Source: Eledone cirrhosa (taxonomy: Eukaryota). Taken from it: a stretch of DNA of 64,000 nt. A model generated the notes under the pieces. The model made no database searches. It was not told the origin of the DNA and was given only the letters and a program-made list of their open reading frames with translations. The position numbers and the translations under genes were made by a program. Positions 41,389 to 56,073 of this stretch are shown one piece after another. Location: assembly GCA_964016885.1 (NCBI GenBank), contig OZ024745.1:96782001-96846000 (forward strand), in the 5' to 3' direction. Numbering within the stretch: position 1 is the first letter of the stretch; each line of letters opens with the position of its first letter.

Positions 41389-42118
41389 CTACATTTTAAA
41401 TTTAAATTTATATTTAAAAGTTGAGTTTAATCTATGTTTGCAGCAACTGAATAAATTTGTCCGTAGATTAAGGGAATTTTTAGATTTTAGTATAAAGAAT
41501 ATCTCCTCTGCGCAGAGGTCACATGTCTCAGAGGATGAATTAAAAGGAATCCCTCTTGAGACTATATTCCAAGCCGTCGAATATCTAACGTTATCTAGCT
41601 TAAGTTGCCAGAGTACGCCTGATAGTGCTGTTGAAGATGTTTTGCTTGGATCTGTGAAAGAATTCTTGTGGTTATTATAGCGAAGTTTAAATTCCGTCGA
41701 TGTGGAACCGACGTAGTTAAAAGAATTAGAGTCAGTTTTAACATTACAATTGTATATTATATTTTTAACTAAGCAGTTGTTATTTAACGGACATTTAGAT
41801 CTATCTCTACAGTTACATTTGTTAACTTGTATATTATTTATGCTATTACCACTAGGTTTTAAGTTCCTATTATTTATTCTATTAATATTTTGTGCTAAAT
41901 TTTTGGTGGATGAGTAGGTTAATTTTATAGTATGTCTATTGAAAATTGAGTGATACCTATGTGTTCTAGGGAAGCGATTATCAAGAGCTTTAAAAAATAG
42001 TTTAGCGATGTGGGTTTTAATGTTTAGTGAGAAAGGGGGGCAAACCAAATTATGTTCCTAGTTCTATTTCTTTTTTGGCTTTTGGAATTATTGTAATGCT
42101 TTCTATTATAGTTGTTAA
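41389..42118 (-). pseudogene. 5'-truncated Naiad-like PLE (linker + GIY-YIG); 3' UTR runs to ~39965
   Basis: PPFS, IFNRHTIKLTYS, CNCR..CPLNNNC, IIY..YVGST, CDLCAEE. Confidence 0.88.
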
Positions 42119-42120
42119 GG

Positions 42121-42200
<80 letters not shown>

Positions 42201-42213
<13 letters not shown>

Positions 42214-42348
42214 CATTGCCAAAATGAAAGTTTTCTGATATTACAGATGATAAAGTAAGTCCGTCAAAACAGTGAGTTTGTCTTGCCAGACGTACACAAC
42301 TTTTATGTAGACTGCCTAATATAAACTTTGGCAATATCTTCAGATATC
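42201..42348 (-). ncRNA. Hammerhead with long stem II insertion
   Basis: atat-CTGAAGA-t attgccaaag..(~100 nt)..ttttggcaat-GAAA-tata-TA, running into (TA)n. Confidence 0.6.
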
Positions 42349-42581
42349 ATTATTGATCTAAGCGTGTAATTTCCTGGCACAGATTTAGATGTTTTCTTTC
42401 GAACACATAATACGAAGGACATCAATCGAACATTATATTAGTTTATCTATCAATCATGAATCCATCAATCCATCCCATCCATTCTCACACCATCATCTCT
42501 CTAACAAGCTTACTAACTGCTTCTCTGTCTTTAACTCGATTTTTCAAACTCATATATATATATATATATATATATTTATGG

Positions 42582-42652
<71 letters not shown>

Positions 42653-42823
42653 AATAAAAATAAATGTGAAGTCTAAAATCGTAAGTTGGCTCGATAAGGA
42701 TAACATATATATAAATATAGTTTCAGAAGATACCGTTAAGGGTGAAAGTTTAAGCAAAGAATCGTTGTTTTACATATATATAGGTATGTATGTATATTGG
42801 TTGGCTCCATTCAACTATATATA

Positions 42824-42867
<44 letters not shown>

Positions 42868-42977
42868 AATTAAAATACTAGAGTGTGTTGGAGTTAAACA
42901 CCCTCTTCGTATTATAGAAATGACAGTAAAGGTATAGCTCAATGTAATTAAACAGAGCCGAATGTATAGCTTTACTT

Positions 42978-43015
42978 GCCCTGATGAGTCCTTAACAGGA
43001 CGAAACATTGTTGGC
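42978..43015 (+). ncRNA. Minimal type I hammerhead ribozyme
   Basis: gcc-CTGATGA-gtcc ttaaca ggac-GAAA-c att g-TT-ggc, followed by aataaa. Confidence 0.85.
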
Positions 43016-43060
43016 TAATAAAGACTTTTTATGTATTGAAGGCTTCTTTGGTTTATTTTC

Positions 43061-43179
<119 letters not shown>

Positions 43180-43387
43180 CTCATTTGCATATGAAGCTCT
43201 ATAAGTTGGCTCAACTTTTAGAACAGAATTAGAATTTAGCTCCGAACATGGCTGTATATGGATATGTATTGCAATTTCCTATTCTAAAGAAATATGGTAT
43301 GTTAAGATTATTGACCTCATTTACACAGACGAGAAAACTATATATTCTCGCCTGTTTTCAAAGTCCACCAGTTGCAAGAGAGGGAGG

Positions 43388-43433
43388 AATCATCCTGATG
43401 AGAACCAGTTCAGTTTGAAATGCATCGACGATT
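43388..43433 (+). ncRNA. Minimal type I hammerhead ribozyme
   Basis: aatcatc-CTGATGA-gaac cagttca gttt-GAAA-tgca-TC-gacgatt; palindromic stem III ATGCAT. Confidence 0.82.
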
Positions 43434-43602
43434 ATTCACCTGACTTCTGCTGGACACCGCCATGTGGCGATAGCTGCCGATGTCTTTGCATAACTATGGC
43501 TTTCTAGATATTTATTTATAAACATACCGCATTTCTTTAGAAATACGAAATTCCAATACATATCTGTATCCAGCTCTGCTCGAAGCTAAATTTTAATTCT
43601 AT

Positions 43603-43914
<312 letters not shown>

Positions 43915-43916
43915 TA

Positions 43917-44044
<128 letters not shown>

Positions 44045-44103
44045 CGGTATATTGCCAAATAGACTATACTATAATTTTAATTCTATTATATATATATATA
44101 CAT

Positions 44104-44214
<111 letters not shown>

Positions 44215-44220
44215 TATATT

Positions 44221-44491
44221 TAAGAGTTAAACAAGATTCAATGAATACATCAAAGAATGAGTTTTACAATAGATTGGAAGAACTCTACAAGAAAATATTT
44301 TCCAGAGTTATTAAAATTAATTCAAAATATTAACAAAATAGATATTCTTGTGATCAATTATATTTTATTATACATATTTCAGAGGTACTGAATTAAGTTC
44401 AACAGTACATCCTCATCAGAGAAAATAAAATATGTATAATAAAATATAATTGATCACAAGAATATCTATTTTGTTAATATTTTGAATTAAT
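44221..44491. mobile_element. Short fold-back HHR element (arms 44316-44379 / 44428-44491, tail 44221-44315)
   Basis: 64-bp inverted arms. Minus strand 44368-44425 reads CTGATGA-gga t gtactg..cagtac c tct-GAAA-tatg-TA. Confidence 0.8.
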
Positions 44492-44498
44492 ATATATA

Positions 44499-44551
<53 letters not shown>

Positions 44552-44557
<6 letters not shown>

Positions 44558-46192
44558 AAGTGAGTCCTTCATCAGTGACCCTCCAACCGTCCTCGGCATT
44601 TCATCGCTTTAAGGGCCATATGCCTCAGGTTGGTGCGAACAACGGCTAAAAAAAGTCGTTGGGACACGTAAATAAAGGGGGACGCTAGAGTAACAACAAA
44701 AAGGGTTTAAGCAACGGAAAGTGAGTAGAAATAGACAAGTCCCAGATCTCTATGAATATAAACTCTGTGAAATCGTGAACAAGAGACGAAAGACCATCGA
44801 ACCTGGTAGAAATGTGAGCAAGGAAAGAATTTCGCCCAAGTTTGACGGGGGGAAAAAAGAGAGAGAGAGAGAAAAAGAGAGAAAGAGAAAGGAGAGAAGA
44901 GGAAGAATAAGAAGAAGAAGAAGAAGAAGAAGATAAGGTGGTCTGGTCTGCGAATTCGGTAAACGCAAGTTTTGTGAAGTCACAGACGAAGGAGAGAGAG
45001 AAAAAAATTCCATACCAGCTCGGTCAAGACTGCGCGAGAAAAGAATTACACACAGGTCAAACTTGAAGGAGGAGGAGGAAAGAGGAGGAGGAGAGGTAGT
45101 GACAGAGAATGAGTGAGTGAAAGTTGAGGAGGAGGCTAACAGAGAGAGAGACTGCTAGAAAGGGTAAAAGGTACAAAGAACGAAACAGACAGGCAGCATG
45201 GAAAAGTAATATGTGTAAATATGATGATAATAATGGAGCTGCGGCGTTGCAAATGGGATACATATGAAAAAGTGAGTCCTTCATCAGTGACCCTCCAACC
45301 GTCCTCGGCATTTCATCGCTTTAAGGGCCATATGCCTCAGGTTGGTGCGAACAACGGCTAAAAAAAGTTGTTGGGACACGTAAATAAAGGGGGACGCTAG
45401 AGTAACAACAAAAAGGGTTTAAGCAACGGAAAGTGAGTAGAAATAGACAAGTCCCAGATCTCTATGAATATAAACTCTGTGAAATCGTGAACAAGAGACG
45501 AAAGACCATCGAACCTGGTAGAAATGTGAGCAAGGAAAGAATTTCGCCCAAGTTTGACGGGGGGAAAAAAGAGAGAGAGAGAGAAAAAGAGAGAAAGAGA
45601 AAGGAGAGAAGAGGAAGAAGAAGAAGAAGAAGAAGAAGAAGAAGAAGAAGAAGAAGAAGAAGAAGAAGAAGAAGAAGATAAGGTGGTCTGGTCTGCGAAT
45701 TCGGTAAACGCAAGTTTTGTGAAGTCACAGACGAAGGAAAGAGAGAAAAAAATTCCATACCAGCTCGGTCAAGACTGCGCGAGAAAAGAATTACACACAG
45801 GTCAAACTTGAAGGAGGAGGAGGAAAGAGGAGGAGGAGAGGTAGTGACAGAGAATGAGTGAGTGAAAGTTGAGGAGGAGGCTAACAGAGAGAGAGACTGC
45901 TTGAAAGGGTAAAAGGTACAAAGAACGAAACAGACAGGCAGCATGGAAAAGTAATATGTGTAAATATGATGATAATAATGGAGCTGCGGCGTTGCAAATG
46001 GGATACATATGAAAAAGTGAGTCCTTCATCAGTGACCCTCCAACCGTCCTCGGCATTTCATCGCTTTAAGGGCCATATGCCTCAGGTTGGTGCGAACAAC
46101 GGCTAAAAAAAGTCGTTGGGACACGTAAATAAAGGGGGACGCTAGAGTAACAACAAAAAGGGTTTAAGCAACGGAAAGTGAGTAGAAATAGA
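44552..46192. mobile_element. Non-coding tandem element, ~2.25 near-identical units (712 and 745 bp)
   Basis: Unit starts at 44552, 45264 and 46009; the length difference is a (GAA)n expansion. Confidence 0.9.
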
Positions 46193-46205
46193 TACATATA
46201 TATAG

Positions 46206-46236
<31 letters not shown>

Positions 46237-46250
46237 TGTATGTATGTATG

Positions 46251-46575
46251 TTTTCTCTTTCTCTTAATTTTGAGTATATTTTTTGACCGGCCACTTTCCT
46301 GGTGGCAAGGTTGTAAAAGAAAAGAAATTGTCATCCCTTGAATCGCAAGAATGTTTTGCAAATTTTGAAGGTGCCAGCTATCGCAGCCATTTGTAGACTA
46401 TGAATTAGGGAGCTGCGCTTTTTGTCCGCAAATCCAAGTTCAGTCATACTTTGGTCCAAGCGGGTTGGTATATAACCCGTAGCACCAATAATGATGGGTA
46501 TGAAGCTAAAGGTGTATCTTGGATACTGGATTTGTAAACTCCTCATCAATGGTCCGTAGATGTCCTCCTTCTCCT
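46251..46575 (-). mobile_element. 3' fragment of R4/Dong-like non-LTR retrotransposon within (CATA)n
   Basis: KEDIYGPL..FIPIIIGATGYIP..LGF..LQMAAIAGTFKICKTFL resembles the C-terminus of a restriction-like endonuclease domain. (TATG)n on both sides. Confidence 0.7.
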
Positions 46576-47025
46576 GTATGTATGTATGTATGTATGTATG
46601 TATGTATGTATGTATGTATGTATGTATGTATGTATGCATGTATGTATGTATGTATGTATGTATGTATGTATGTATGTATGTATATACGGTATATTGCCAA
46701 ATAGACTATACATACATTCATATATATATATATATATATATAGTTTTGTTCTTTTAGTGATTTTTACTTGTATGCGACCATGCTGGGGCATCATCTTCAA
46801 GTGTTTTAGTAACTAATATATTTTTGACGTAATTTGAATTTTCTTTTCTTTTCTTTCTGACTCATATGTTTTAAAAATAGATCACGATTCTGCAAAATAG
46901 AATAACATCAATAAAACGTAATTTCCATTTGTTAGTTCCTACTAGACATGAAACACCACCAAATACGTCACCACCTTCCAGTGTTTATAAAAGTAATAAA
47001 GTATACACAGACACATACACACGAA

Positions 47026-47058
<33 letters not shown>

Positions 47059-47183
47059 TCATTTTAACCAGAGTAACAAGAAGCACTATTTAGCCTTAAT
47101 AGAATGAGTATTAAATCTCTACTTGTGAAATTGAGTACTCTTTTCTCTCAGCCGTCAACCACATACGGATATATATATAAATA

Positions 47184-47245
<62 letters not shown>

Positions 47246-47378
47246 AAAAATATAACCCCGACGGCAGAGCTCAAGCCGTTTCGACGGCTATTTCAGGACT
47301 ATTACCCACTCTACTATCCTAAGTATTGAGTACTCTGGTGCGTTACGGTCCATCTGGTTCCTTACCATAACTCCTTCG

Positions 47379-47414
<36 letters not shown>

Positions 47415-47447
47415 CTCTGCTATGGAAGCATCTTAGCTACCATCAGT

Positions 47448-47479
<32 letters not shown>

Positions 47480-47801
47480 AAATAAACTAAAATAATATAT
47501 ATTGCTGCAAGCTATTGTTTTGTCTTGTCTTTTATTCCTGGGACAGCGCTTTGGCTTGTTTGTCAGACACTGCGACTCGGGTGGACCAGTAGTACCGGTA
47601 GTAGGGGTCGAAACTGGTGTTTCGTTTGCCTTTTCTTCCATTGATATTTTTTAATCTAAAACAATATTTTTTTATGGTTTCCCCTTTAAAAAAATTATTT
47701 TTCGTTCTGCCTTATTTTCGTTCATCTTACTTTCCTTTGCCTTCTCTTTATCAATTATCCTAATTTTATTATTATTATATTTTTGTGTGTTGGTATATAT
47801 G

Positions 47802-47896
<95 letters not shown>

Positions 47897-48034
47897 AAAA
47901 AGTATAACCCAGACGGCAGAGCTCAAGCCGTTTCGACGGGGTCATACTTTTTCCCTATTTCCCACTCTACTACTCTAAGTATTGAGTACTCTGGTGCGTT
48001 ATGGTCAATCTGGTTCCTTACCACAATTCCTTTG

Positions 48035-48164
<130 letters not shown>

Positions 48165-48935
48165 TTGAGTGAGTGTGTGTTGGTATATATATTTATATAT
48201 ATATATATATATACATGTGTGCGTGTGTGTGTTGGTTTATATATATGTATATATATATTTATATATATATATGTATGTATGTATATACAGAAATACTTAT
48301 AAATTGTATAATACATACATAATTCAGTTTACGCCATAAAGAATAATGACTGCATTACTGGGATAGTATTATATCATTGGATAATCTCCTCGGAGATTTT
48401 TACAGTGCCAAGATTCTTAATTGGTTATTTTCCTTTCTTTCATTTCTTAATACCTCTTCCTCGCTTTCTTCTTTTTTCTTTATTTCATCCCACTTTTTAT
48501 CTCGCATTATTTATCGTTCCATATATATTTTTACCTATATCTTTTAGCTTTCAAAGCTTTAACTAATCTATCGTTGTACATAGTTGTATATATATATATA
48601 TATCAGCATAGATCGTATATCTCTTCTTACATATCATCAGCGTCATCCAATACTACACGTTATCTAGTTATGAATATAAATGGACACAGCAAATTCTAAC
48701 AAAATATTCATAAATTTCTGTAGTTCAGCTATCAATTATCAATGACCAATTTAGCGAGACTTCGATCAGGAAATTTACTATTATTTATAGATTATGTGTG
48801 AAGTTGTAGTTGTTATTGAAGCTGGAACCAGCTTTAATTATGTAAGCCTGCAATCAAAGAGACTCCACTCATGATGTCCCTATCTTTATTTCAGACCTTA
48901 TATATATTTCAATTTTGTTTTAGAAATAATTGTTT

Positions 48936-49058
48936 CTACTTTAGACACAAGGTCAGCAATAACCCAGTACATTACTGGTACTTTATTTTATCGACCCCAT
49001 AAGGATGAAAGGCAAAGTTAACCTCGGCGGGATTTGAACTCAGACTGTAAAGGGACGT
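48936..49058 (-). mobile_element. Partial tRNA-derived SINE
   Basis: ctggtactttattttatcgacccc..ggatgaaaggc..gggatttgaactc. Confidence 0.8.
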
Positions 49059-52000
49059 ATTAGAAATAATATGTTTAGGACAACACTACCCAATAACTCG
49101 TCTGGGTTTGTAAGATGGTAATGAATTACTTGAGGGAAATTTTGTTGCTATTTCTAATATAATCTGAACAAGTAGATACTCCTTCATTAGCTGGTGGTAT
49201 CAAGTATCATAATGAGGTGGTAAGCCACACTCATCGACAGTTTTCGATTTTCAGTGCAACCTTTTCACTTCACTTAAGTTCTTGTTATTTAGCTCTTATT
49301 GCACAAACCTACACATTTCAGTTATGACCATGCCGTTTTTTTCATTGCATTACATACCACGGGATACGCTAGCCAATGTTTTCATTTGTAAAATTGTAGA
49401 GTATAATTTGAGAGATTTAGCTGACATTTCTAGTAAATATGTGTTGTCTGAGGGCCACACATGACAACTAATTGTGCACATTACAACTAATTTTACGGAG
49501 ATAAAACATGCTCGCGCTGTAAAAAAAAACCTTTGTGCGAGCCGCAGGTGTGCTTGTAAAGGGCCGCATGCGGGCGGCGGGCCGCATGTTTGATATGCCT
49601 GATGTAGAGGCTCTCTCATCGTAGCAACAGGTAGATATTGTAATGTACATTTAGAACTATAGAGATATATAAACAAAATAAAACAAAACAATGTGACTGC
49701 AGAAGAGAATTTTTTTATATATCAAGTGCCCTTACTAAGAGTATAGCCTATTGCAGTAAATACAGCACAGAAGAGGGGCTTTTACAGACTAGTGGTTTTC
49801 TATATCTGTATCTAAACTTCAGCTTAATAGAAGTAAAAGAATGTCATTTTGGCAGTTTAGAGGAGTCTTTCAAATGAACATGAAGGGAAAGCGCCAGCTA
49901 TTGAAGAGAAATGTTTATTTTCATAATGATAGAAATATGAAAGAGAACGAGTGAGAAAGAGAGAATGAGAGCGAAGAGAGGGAGAAAGAGAGGCTGAAAT
50001 ATTAAGATGGGGGAAATGGTGAGAACACAATGATTAAATATTTTCATTTAAGGATTGTTGTGTAATTTCCAAAAACTAAAAAACTATAAGGAAAACTTTA
50101 GTAGAGATTGGTTAATTCTTGTAATTGAAGCGATCACGTAGTGGATTGTTTGTATGCTCGTTTAAAGGTTTGTTTAAAGCTCAAAGATATATCTGAAATA
50201 TAGGATGTCCATGATGAGAAAATGTGATAAGATACAAGAACATCACTGATAAATGAGGCGTATGTCTTAACATTCAAAATTTACTTCGTTCTGATTATAT
50301 TTGTTCTTAAGATCAGAGTTTCTGTCGTGCAGTTTAAGCTTCTATAGAAATATGAAGGAATTTTCCAAAAGACGCTAGATATGGTAAATCCTAGTATGTT
50401 TATTACGGAGAACTTAAAATAAGGATTTATTTAATAAATCTGATATATGATGTGGCTATATTTATTTTAAGTATGCAACATTTACAAATTGTCAAATCCA
50501 TATTGATGAAAAATGTAGATATCTTGCAAGAGAAACTACAAAACCAACACATTAAATGAATTCGTTTTGAAAATGCAGAACATTTCTCATATACAATAGA
50601 GTTGGTGTCTTGTAATGAAATCTATCAAATAATCCAAGAGCAAACCTTGTCTATGCAGTTGTTTAATGTTAATAATGATTGAGTTAAAAATAACAATCGT
50701 GAGATATATAAAGATCGACAAGTATGACGTTTTAGATTTTTTATAGTCTATTTATTATCAACTAATTTTAGAATTCTTTGATTTAATTTTAGATTTTTCA
50801 ATAAACTATCACGCTCTATTTCGCTTGTGAAGTAGAAATAAAAGCTTGGAGATATTTCTGAATACGATTAGTTTGTATGCAGGAGTGAGAACATTTTTTT
50901 AAATTGTTGATATCAGCTTAATTTAAGACGGCAAATAATCTCAAATATTTGTTTTCAATAATTTAATATTAATAGCTGGAGAGAAATGAAATTTGAATTA
51001 CTTTTGATACGTTGTCGTATTTCACAACCTGTGGCAAGTCGCCAGCTTTGGTAGAAGTACCTAAAATCTCTTTAAGTACTTAATTTCGTCTTTCTAGAGT
51101 CTTAATTCAAATCTCACCTACATTTGCATTTAATCCTTTTGATTTTAATAAAATAAGCCCGAACAGTAAACTGGAATTTATTAAATCAACAATACTTCTT
51201 TAATATAAAAGTGCTCCCAGTTCGCCTAAAGACCTTCCCTAATACTGAGTTCAGTTAATATGAGCTCCATACACAGATTCGAAAAACAGTTTGCTTTTAA
51301 CATTTTGTTTTAGAACTGATTCTATATTTTAAAAAAAACCTTTCAGATACATTATTTATTGATATATTATTTGAAATAGTTTGTTCAGAAAAAAACAACA
51401 ACAAAAAAAAAATCAGAAACTAGCATATAAACATCCATGCTCCCGTTTTAAAGTTTGTACATTGGATTCTAAGTCCATTAAACAAACTAATCAACCTGTA
51501 AGTTTCTACACAATTACTTCTAACATTTACATTATTGTGAGCTATAAAGGCAGTGAAGAGGGGCTTCAAAGCCGAGTGCCAGACTTTGAAAAATGTTTTT
51601 CTTGCCTCTCAATTTTTGGATTCATATAAAGAGCCGTCTTTGCTTTCATCTTTCCGAGATCGATATTGCCTTTCATTCGTCTGGAATCTATAAATTACAT
51701 ACCTGTAGGGTATCAAAATAAATTCAATCAACTGTAGTATCCAAACGAATAGTCTGTATCCCTTTATAACCCCCCCCCCCCCCCCAAAAAAAAAATGGAA
51801 AAATAAAACAAATAATCATACTATTGTTAGCTCGAAATTGGTTCCTAAACTTAACAAAAGCAAGATTTTGATCCTAACATTAGGCATTTGTAATGTTGCT
51901 AATGAAATTCGAATGTAACTATTGATAACACATTTGTATAGTTCTGTTAATTACGAAATGTAATTCTATCTAGTTATGGCTCTTACGTCAGAATAATACT

Positions 52001-52113
52001 ATGCTATGAATTAAATTGAGAAAGATGCAGCTCTATTACTAATAGTATCAGCAATCATCATCTGTTACTAATGCTAATCAAGTTATGTTACTTAAAAGTC
52101 AGACACAGTTTGG

Positions 52114-52400
52114 TAGTAACACTTTCACCAACAGCAATTTGGTACATTCAGTAACATATCCAGTTTTCGTTGCCTGACAGGCTGAAGATTGCAAGCTGTT
52201 GAAGTATCGGCTGCTTTCCGATAGGTTTGGCATTGAACCTGTAACGGTGGAGACTTCCAGCGTTCTTGGTCCCAAGACCACTCCCTTACTCACTGCTATT
52301 GGAGTAAAGTTGGCTTCCTGCATGAAGTAGAATGGCTATTTCAATAAGTCTCACTCATTTTTCTCCGATGCAATGCCTTCACCATTTTATCGGCTGGGAC
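52114..52400 (+). pseudogene. Decayed CRE-like non-LTR endonuclease fragment (second partial copy 53449-53608)
   Basis: Manual translation: NTF..AEDCKLLKYRLLSDRFGIEPVTVETSSVLGP..IG, then in a shifted frame EWLFQ*VSLIFLRCNAFTI. Confidence 0.65.
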
Positions 52401-53854
52401 GATGAGGTGGCTTGCGCCTGAGGTTCTGTAAAAGAGCACTTTTTCACCCATTTCGTGCTCGTATCATAGGAGAATTCTTTCTTAAAAAACAACAACAATA
52501 ATAATAACAGAATCAACAACCAAATATTTACTAGCTAACATGAAAGTAGTACAGTAATGTTTTCAAATATATATATGCTATTAAGGAAGATGAGTGATAA
52601 GTCAGTTGCTCACGGCAGTATTAGATATATATCTGCTATCAAAGAAAATGAACGATAAGTCGGTTGCTTGCACCATTGTTTTAAAAAGAATTTCAGTGTC
52701 AATCTCTCTCCAGTCTTCATCGCAAAATTTCTTTATGTTTTTGACATGTTTCTCTTTTCTCTCTTGCGTATAATTTTATATATAATTAATTTCGTCGCTT
52801 CAGCAACGAATTTCGTATTTATTTTATTCAAATTTTAAACATTCTAAAAATACTTCTATTTTATGTATACCAAGTTAGTAAACAAGTTAAAAATTTGAAT
52901 ATATGATAGCCACAGGACAGATAATGATATATAATAGTTAATAACTATAAACAACAGTTAAATAAATAGAGTAAAGTACCTCTGAAGACGGAGAAGTGCG
53001 TGGAAATGCCTTTGTGAATCGAACCACACATCTCGCTATGTCATACGTTCTTATTTAATCATTCCACTAAAACACTCATGGTCACTAATTGCTGTCGTAG
53101 AAACTTTAACTGTCCAGCAGGAAGTGTAAAGAACAGTTAGTAAAATTTTGAAATTTGAAAGTACATTAACCACTCTACAGATAACTACAAATAATTGTGT
53201 AATATGTGGGGGAAAGTACCCATGGAGACGGGAAAAGTGGACAAAGAAGGTTGTGAGAATCGAGCCACTCATTTATCATATGCTGGGCGAAAACTTTTAA
53301 CCACTAAACTCATGCGCTCATGATCACATAGAATTAGATTCTTAGAAGTAACATTTTCTTATTGTGTATATTGTGTATATAAGAAATAAGTGAGAAGCAA
53401 TATCTTTATACACTTTTATATCTTCTTGAGATTTAGTTTTTCTTGGCCCGTTTTCGTTGCCTGACAAGCTCAAGATCACAAGCTGTTGAAGTTTCGGCTG
53501 CTTTCCGATAGTTTTGACGTTGAACCTGTAACGGTGAAGATCCGGCGTTCTTGGTCCCAAGACTACCCCCTTACTCAGTCATCGGAGCAGAGTTGGCTTC
53601 CTGCATGAGTGCCATAATCTTTAATATACGTTACAACGTTTCTAACTTGGTTACTCTCAGTTTCCTTCTCACTTTTCATAAGTAACGTGTCACCTGATCG
53701 CAAATTCCGATGAGTCCTAATTTTTTCACTTTATTTTAGAAATCAACTACTTATTTCTCCACACTCTCATTACTCTAGCGAGAGTTTATTTGGGTACTTC
53801 AACAAACATAGTGCGTCTCAATCTACAAGCCAAAATTGTTGATCAATCTACAAG

Positions 53855-54024
53855 CGAAAAATGTCGATTATATCGACTCTAGTATTTAACTGACATTTTA
53901 GTGTATCGACCCCAAAAGGCAAAGTTAAGCGAGGTGGGGTTTGAACTCAGACCATAGAAATTCATAACTAAATGCCAGAAAGCATTTTGTCCGATGCTCT
54001 ACCAATTCTGCCAATCCATCACCA
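53855..54024 (-). mobile_element. Diverged tRNA-derived SINE
   Basis: tatcgacccc..aaaggcaaagtt..tttgaactcaga..ctctaccaattctgccaatcc. Confidence 0.7.
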
Positions 54025-56073
54025 GGTGAACAAAAACAATATATGTATATTTAATGCGTCACATACTCTGGAATTAAGGTATGTTTTATATAATGAAGTG
54101 GGTTTTATATAGCGTTACAATGTGACGCTACACGAAGTACTTTCAAGTTTTTACCAATCAGTTAAATGTTTAATTGAAAAGGTTTGAAGCGATGGGTGTA
54201 TATGAATATTCGTAGAATTGGAGTATTCTCAGCGCGAAAGGTAGCTGGATACTAGTTACATAGTAAATTTGGGGGGAGGGGCTAAGATATAACCACAAAT
54301 CGAACGGAGAGTGGGAGAGAGAGGGAGAAAGAGAGTCAAAACGTGAGATGAGAAATGAGAGGGTTATAGAGAGAGAAGGGAAGAGAAGGAGAGGAGAAAA
54401 ATTATGTTTTTAAAATGATATAAGCGGAATTTGTAAGCCTAACTTATATCAGGTATAAACTGGCTGACTTTAGTATTTGAACTACAACCCTGGTTATGTC
54501 TCCAGTACCAAATCAAAATGCGGAGGTCACCAGAATAGATTGAGCAGAATACCACTTGAAGAAAATGGTACAGTCTAACAATAGAATGTCAGAAAAACTG
54601 AGCTAGGATCCATGCTGCTTGATACAAATAAGAGTGGTAGGCTGAAATACAGTAAATATATATAATTGTAATAGAATGTTGTGGTTTGCTTGAAGCATTG
54701 TGTATAGTGTATAATGTAGAAAATTATTTGTTTTAAGAAAGCTAAGACAAAGTGAAATGGACTGTAAAATTTAGTTTAAATGAAGGCAACGAAGATATTT
54801 TGTTTTTGTTAAATACCAGGTAACACAAACATCGTTACTTTCATTTAAACTAAACTTTACAGTCTATTTCGCAAATCAATAGCTACATCATATGTATTTG
54901 TGGTTCTAGTTCTGAAAAGTAGTTAAATTGGTAGGATGATGTAACGTTATTGTTCAATAGAATTCGTTTGGTCTTGCCATTTGTAAGGCTATGATACTAG
55001 TAGGTCATCCGATCTCCCTTAAAATGTTATATTAAATGTAAGAAACATCTGCTACTTTAACATTTGTAAACCATATGTAGAGAAACATATTCTTTAAATT
55101 TCCAACTCCATTGTCATTAAAAGTAATAGGAGCTTACTAACCACTTTAATGGCAAATTCTTTTAAGTAAAGAAACAATCAAATCATTTAGTCTTCCTACA
55201 CCATTCACTTTTCATTCACCTCCACCTCCTTCATACTGATTTCATTCCCCCCCCCCCCCCCAATAATTTCATCCACCCTCCAGGTAACTATTCACAACCT
55301 TTAAAAGCACAGGCTTACACGAAGTAAGGATCGGATTAGTTTGGATGTATTTTGTAGTAGGTTATTTTCATGACAGCAACCCCAGCATACAACTGGCTCT
55401 CTACTATCTCCTCTTCAATTCTTTATACATCAATCTACCACTTTTCATAACATCCATGATGTCATAACAAGCAGAAAAAGAATTAGTTTGATTTATTTTG
55501 TTGTTCAACATTAACTCAAGATTCTTATTTCAGCTTTAAGACTGTAAGCAACTCATCTTTATTGTTTTCAAGAATGTTCATCGTCAAACTGCTAACGTTT
55601 ACGCTTGCTGCTTACAGATACAACAACATATCTCAATTAAAGAAATTATCTTTCTGCTTCTTATTTTGGCTTTTATTCAAACCATTCTTGTTACTATTTT
55701 TGCGTTTTGCAGTTTTTCCCGATAATCCTTCTTCCAAATATAATCCATTGTAAGGAGGCTTAATGTCAAATATATTTAACGATGTTATACTTTTATTTTG
55801 AATAGGTGAATGCTAGGATTAGGTTAACATTCAAATGCTTAATTTCTGATGTAGTCTGAAATATTCCCAACTATTCCCTTATAAAACATTTCTTTCGACG
55901 ACTATCTCTAAAGATAGTGAATTATAAATAATGGGCTAAGGGAAAATACCTCAGTGTTAAGATATCTTGCATATTAAATACACGGCAAAGTGTCACACAT
56001 ATAATATAGCGAGTCGAAAAAGTTCGACTAAGAATATCTATGCAATTAACAGAAAAAATATTTTGTACACACA

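Noticed and set aside
42719-42765. CAGAAGA-acc gttaag ggt-GAAA motif (similar remnants near 9310-9375 and 46770-46803)
   Set aside because: Core mutations and weak stems; not counted as hammerheads.
44552-46192. CRISPR array or protein-coding repeat interpretation
   Set aside because: Eukaryotic context, long identical units with no spacers; the ORFs are purine-repeat artefacts.
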